Position numbers and translations under genes: made by a program | The notes under the pieces: generated by a model | What the model was told of the DNA's origin: nothing | Database searches by the model: none | The model's input: the letters and a program-made list of their open reading frames with translations, nothing else | From: Occultella glacieicola | GTDB taxonomy: Bacteria > Actinomycetota > Actinomycetes > Actinomycetales > Beutenbergiaceae | DNA: 64,000 bases | Assembly (NCBI RefSeq): GCF_004353825.1 | Contig: NZ_SMNA01000006.1 | Span: forward strand, 310,001 to 374,000 | Direction of reading: 5' to 3' | Shown: in pieces, positions 60,426 to 64,000 of the stretch | How positions within the stretch are numbered: position 1 is the stretch's first letter | Layout: every line of letters begins with the position of its first letter

Positions 60426-61129
60426 CGTCCTCGGCAGCGCCCGACCCGGTGCGACGGCCGCCGGAGCCCACGACCGCCGTCGTCCCCCTCCGCGACGGCC
60501 ACACCGGAAAGACCCGCCTGGCCGAACACCTACCGGCAGCGCAGCGGGGCCGGCTCGTGGTGTCCCTGGCCCGGCACGTGGTGGCCACGCTGCTCGGGAC
60601 CGACGGCATCCGTCGGGTCCTCGTGGTGACCGCGGATCCCGGCTTCGTCGCCGAGGCCCTCGATCCCGACCCGCGCCTGGAGGTCCTCCGCCAACCGGCC
60701 GAGCGACCCGGCCTGAACGCCGGCGTGGAGTTCGGCCGCGAGCACGTGCGGCGCCACTGGCCGACGGACCGGCTGCTCGTCGTGCACGCCGACCTGGCGG
60801 CGCTGAGCGGCGCGGACACCGCAGCGCTGCTCGACAGGTCCACCCCGGTCACCCTCGCCCCGGACCGGTACGACCTCGGCACGAACGCGGTGCTGCTCGG
60901 TCCGGGCACGGAGGGCTTTCGGTTCCGGTTCGGCGAGGACAGCCTCGCCCGGCACCGCCGCGAAGCGAGGGCGTCGGGCGCCGAGGCCGTCCTGGTCCGC
61001 CGGGACGGCACGGCGATCGACCTCGACACCGAGGCCGACTGGAGTGCCCTGCCGCCCGACGTGCGGGCCCGCCTCCGCTCCGGTATCGAGGAGCCCGAGG
61101 ACGCGCGACGACAGGAGGCACTCCCGTGA
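60422..61129 (+). CDS. cofC: 2-phospho-L-lactate / PEP guanylyltransferase (CofC/FbiD)
   Basis: VVPLR...KTRLA, GLNA, HADL, APDR..GTN, FGEDSLARH, DLDT. Confidence 0.87.
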   Translation: MTSSAAPDPVRRPPEPTTAVVPLRDGHTGKTRLAEHLPAAQRGRLVVSLARHVVATLLGTDGIRRVLVVTADPGFVAEALDPDPRLEVLRQPAERPGLNAGVEFGREHVRRHWPTDRLLVVHADLAALSGADTAALLDRSTPVTLAPDRYDLGTNAVLLGPGTEGFRFRFGEDSLARHRREARASGAEAVLVRRDGTAIDLDTEADWSALPPDVRARLRSGIEEPEDARRQEALP

Positions 61130-61238
61130 GGTTCCTCGTTGACCGGCGCCGGACCCGTTATCTTCGAAGGGTTCATGCTGGGGCCACCTGCCCGGACTTC
61201 AGTGAGTCACACCGACGAGTTCGACTGGAAGTTGCTCT

Positions 61239-62336
61239 ATGACGCTCGCCTTCATCCCGCCCGACCGGTCCGCGGTCGCCACGTCGGACCAGGTCCGCAC
61301 GGATCTGCCGCGGATCAACCAGATGTCCGAGTCCGTGTTCGGTCCCAAGGGTCACGGCGTCCACACCGCGTTCCTGGAGACCACCCAGGGGCTGCGGGAC
61401 CTCGGCTACCAGGTGGGTACGAACGAACGCTGGCGGGACGGCATCCTGCACGTCCACACGCTCGGACCGTGGCCGTTGCTCCGGCTGCGGACCCATCGCG
61501 GACCGAAGGTCGTCTCGGCGCATGTCACGGCGGACAGTCTGCGCGGGAGCCTGCGCGGCTCGACCGTGTTCCGCAGGGCGATCGAGGCCTACCTGCGGCA
61601 CTTCTACGGCTCGGCCGACCAGGTCATCGCGGTGTCCGAGGCGGCGAAGGCGGAACTCGTCGCCGGGGGTGTGCGGACCCCGATCAGCGTCATTCCGAAC
61701 GGGATCGACCGGCGGGCGTTCGCCCGGTCCCCCGACAGCCGGGCCCTGGCCCGCCAGGACCTCGACGTCGGCGACCGGGAGTTCGTGGTGCTCACGGTGG
61801 GGCAGGTCCAGCCCCGTAAGGGCGTGGACACGTTCCTGGAGATGGCTCGGGCGCTGCCGCACGTGACATTCGTGTGGGTGGGCTCGGTGCTGTTCGGAGC
61901 GCTGGCGTCCTCGCGTGGGCAGCTGGAGGCCCAGATGCGCTCGGCGCCGGCGAACGTGCGGTTCGTGGGGCAGCTCGACCGGGACCGGGTGGCCCAGTGG
62001 TACCTCGCCGCCGACGTGTTCACCTCGACCGCCCGTCAGGAGACGTTCGGGCTCGTGGCCCTCGAGGCCGCGGCCGCGAGCCTGCCCATCGTGTTGCGGG
62101 ACATCACCGTGTTCCGGGAGTTGTTCGGCGCCGATGGCGCCCTGTTCCCCTCCGACGCCGCCGGGTTCGCCGAGGCGATCGAGGCCCTCCGTCTTGACCC
62201 GGGGGTGCGCGCCACCGCCGCCGCGAACGCGGAGCAACTGGCCCACCGGTACGGCGCCGAGGTGGTCGCGCAGTCGGCGGCCGACCTGTACCGCTCCGTC
62301 CTCGGAGCACCGGCCATGGCCCGCGTGCGCGGCTGA
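61239..62336 (+). CDS. GT4 glycosyltransferase (resembles CpoA-type glycolipid synthases)
   Basis: IPNGID, GQVQPRKG, FVWVG, ETFGLVALEA. Confidence 0.87.
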   Translation: MTLAFIPPDRSAVATSDQVRTDLPRINQMSESVFGPKGHGVHTAFLETTQGLRDLGYQVGTNERWRDGILHVHTLGPWPLLRLRTHRGPKVVSAHVTADSLRGSLRGSTVFRRAIEAYLRHFYGSADQVIAVSEAAKAELVAGGVRTPISVIPNGIDRRAFARSPDSRALARQDLDVGDREFVVLTVGQVQPRKGVDTFLEMARALPHVTFVWVGSVLFGALASSRGQLEAQMRSAPANVRFVGQLDRDRVAQWYLAADVFTSTARQETFGLVALEAAAASLPIVLRDITVFRELFGADGALFPSDAAGFAEAIEALRLDPGVRATAAANAEQLAHRYGAEVVAQSAADLYRSVLGAPAMARVRG

Positions 62337-62359
62337 GGAGGACGCGCGGGCCGGACGGT

Positions 62360-63484
62360 TCAGAGCCGGCCGCGGACCGGTGTCCGCTCGGCCGGGTCAC
62401 CTCCGTCGGGCATCACCATCTCGGCGCGCACCCCGAGCAGCCGCACCTCCCGCTCGGCGTCGAGCTCGGCGGCGAGGGCCAGGGCGGCGGCGACCACGTC
62501 CGCGCGCTCGCGCGTGGGCGCCTGCAGCTTGCGGGCCCGGGTGAACGTGAAGAACGGGGCGTACCTGACCTTCAAGGTGACCCGGGTCACGGCCCGATCC
62601 TCCGCGTCCGTGTCGGCGAACGCCTGCTCGGCCAGTTCGGTCACCGCCGCGGCCACCTGCTCCGGCGTGGTGAGGTTGCGCTGGTAGGTGGTCTCCCGGC
62701 TGTGACCGCGGGCGATCCACGGGCTGTCGTCGACCTCGGCGGGGCCCTCGCCGCGGCCGAGGTCGTGATACCACCGGCCCATCCGGGGGCCGAACTCACC
62801 GACGAGGAGGTCCTCGTCGGCGTCCGCGAGCTCGCGCACGGTGCGGATCCCGTGGCCGAGCAGTCGCTTGGACACCTTCGAGCCGACGCCCCAGAGCGCG
62901 ATGGTGTCCCGGTCCCCCATCACCTCGAACCAGTTCGCAGCAGTCAGCACGAACATCCCGCGGGGCTTGCCGAAGTCCGTGGCGATCTTCGCGCGCACCT
63001 TGTTGTCCCCGACGCCCACCGAACAGTGCAGCTCGGTCGCGTCCAGGACGGCGGCGCGGACCCGGGCAGCGAACGTCTCAGGGTCGGCGAACATGCCCGG
63101 ATCCGCGGCGGGGGCACCGAGGAACGCCTCGTCCCAGCCGAGGACCTCCACGACCACACCGAGGCCGCGCAACGTCGCCATCACCCGCTCGGATGCCTCG
63201 TTGTAGGCGTCATGGTCCACCGGCAGGATGACCGCGTCCGGCACCTTCCGGGCGGCGATCCGCAACGGCATCCCGGACCGGGCGCCGAACTCGCGGGCCT
63301 CGTAGGAGGCGGTGGACACGACGGCGCGCTCGGTCGGGTCGCCCCGGCCGCCGACGATCACCGGCTTGCCGGCGAGCTCCGGCCGGCGGAGCACCTCGAC
63401 GGCGGCGATGAACTGGTCCAGGTCGACGTGCAGCACCCGGTGCTCGGTGGTGCCGGGCGTGCTGTGGCCCGGCTCGGCGCTCAT
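62360..63484 (-). CDS. dinB: DNA polymerase IV, DinB2-like
   Basis: HVDLDQFIAAVE, STASYEAR, GWDEAF, AKIAT..KP.G, LWGVG, VRLLGV. Confidence 0.92.
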   Translation of the reverse strand: MSAEPGHSTPGTTEHRVLHVDLDQFIAAVEVLRRPELAGKPVIVGGRGDPTERAVVSTASYEAREFGARSGMPLRIAARKVPDAVILPVDHDAYNEASERVMATLRGLGVVVEVLGWDEAFLGAPAADPGMFADPETFAARVRAAVLDATELHCSVGVGDNKVRAKIATDFGKPRGMFVLTAANWFEVMGDRDTIALWGVGSKVSKRLLGHGIRTVRELADADEDLLVGEFGPRMGRWYHDLGRGEGPAEVDDSPWIARGHSRETTYQRNLTTPEQVAAAVTELAEQAFADTDAEDRAVTRVTLKVRYAPFFTFTRARKLQAPTRERADVVAAALALAAELDAEREVRLLGVRAEMVMPDGGDPAERTPVRGRL

Positions 63485-63550
63485 ACGTTCAGTCTTGCGC
63501 CGATGCCGGGCCTCTGTCACGCCCGCAGACGATGTTCGCCGCGTCGCCTG

Positions 63551-64000
63551 CTACCAGGCGTAGTCCTCCGGCGCCGTGCGGTGGCCGGGGAAGATCTCAT
63601 CCAGTCGCGCGAGCGCGTCGGCGTCGAGGGTGACGTCCACGGCCCGGACGGCGGAGTCGAGCTGGTCCTGCACCCGCGGGCCGACGATGGGAGCCGTGAC
63701 CGCTGCCTGGTGCAGCAGCCAGGCGAGCGCCACGTCCCCGGCCGGGTGGCCGAGCTCGTCGGCGAAGTCCTCGTACGCCTGCACCGCTTCGCGCCGGTCC
63801 TCGAGCACCTGGGCGGCCCGGCCGGTGGTACGGCGCACCCCGTCGCGCTCCTTGCGCAGCACGCCACCGAGCAGCCCGCCCTGGAGTGGGGACCACGGCA
63901 GGATGCCGAGGCCGTAGTGCTGCGCGGCGGGGATCACCTCGAGCTCGATGGACCGGGTGGCCAGGTTGTACAGCGACTGCTCCGAGACGAGGCCGAAGGT
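63551..64000 (-). CDS. Aldo/keto reductase, C-terminal part (5' truncated by the window)
   Basis: SEQSLYNL, ILPWSPLQGGLL, ALAWLL, PIVGPR. Confidence 0.87.
   Translation of the reverse strand, partial: TFGLVSEQSLYNLATRSIELEVIPAAQHYGLGILPWSPLQGGLLGGVLRKERDGVRRTTGRAAQVLEDRREAVQAYEDFADELGHPAGDVALAWLLHQAAVTAPIVGPRVQDQLDSAVRAVDVTLDADALARLDEIFPGHRTAPEDYAW

Overview
Very GC-rich (roughly 70%+) chromosomal segment from an actinobacterium; gene content and style suggest Micrococcales (inference). It holds about 55 genes and no rRNA, tRNA, CRISPR array or transposase that I can support. In order: end of a sugar ABC binding protein plus two GH76 mannanases; a TrmB/LuxR regulator divergent from a large sortase-anchored S8 protease; GntR-LacI regulator, TetR plus AHL-lactonase-family hydrolase, XRE-NB-ARC regulator with two alpha/beta hydrolases; a ferritin-like cargo plus Family 1 encapsulin; double-MerR/DUF6194; a myo-inositol catabolic cluster (GntR, iolC, aldolase, iolB, iolD, iolA, iolE, iolG); a frameshifted DUF222-HNH gene with a PafBC-type promoter; dodecin, GH13 and serine hydrolase; an uncharacterised cytoplasmic metzincin-like protein coupled to a catalytic-less paralog of its own C-terminal half (best novelty candidate); two NarL-type two-component systems; CopB-type ATPase with CsoR-type operator; two DUF2510 membrane proteins; glgX; MFS/MarR; azlCD; MFS-cofD-cofC-GT4; a DinB2-type polymerase and a partial aldo/keto reductase. 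Three genes show frameshift or stop-loss lesions that may be sequencing errors. All family calls come from motif recognition by eye, not database searches.
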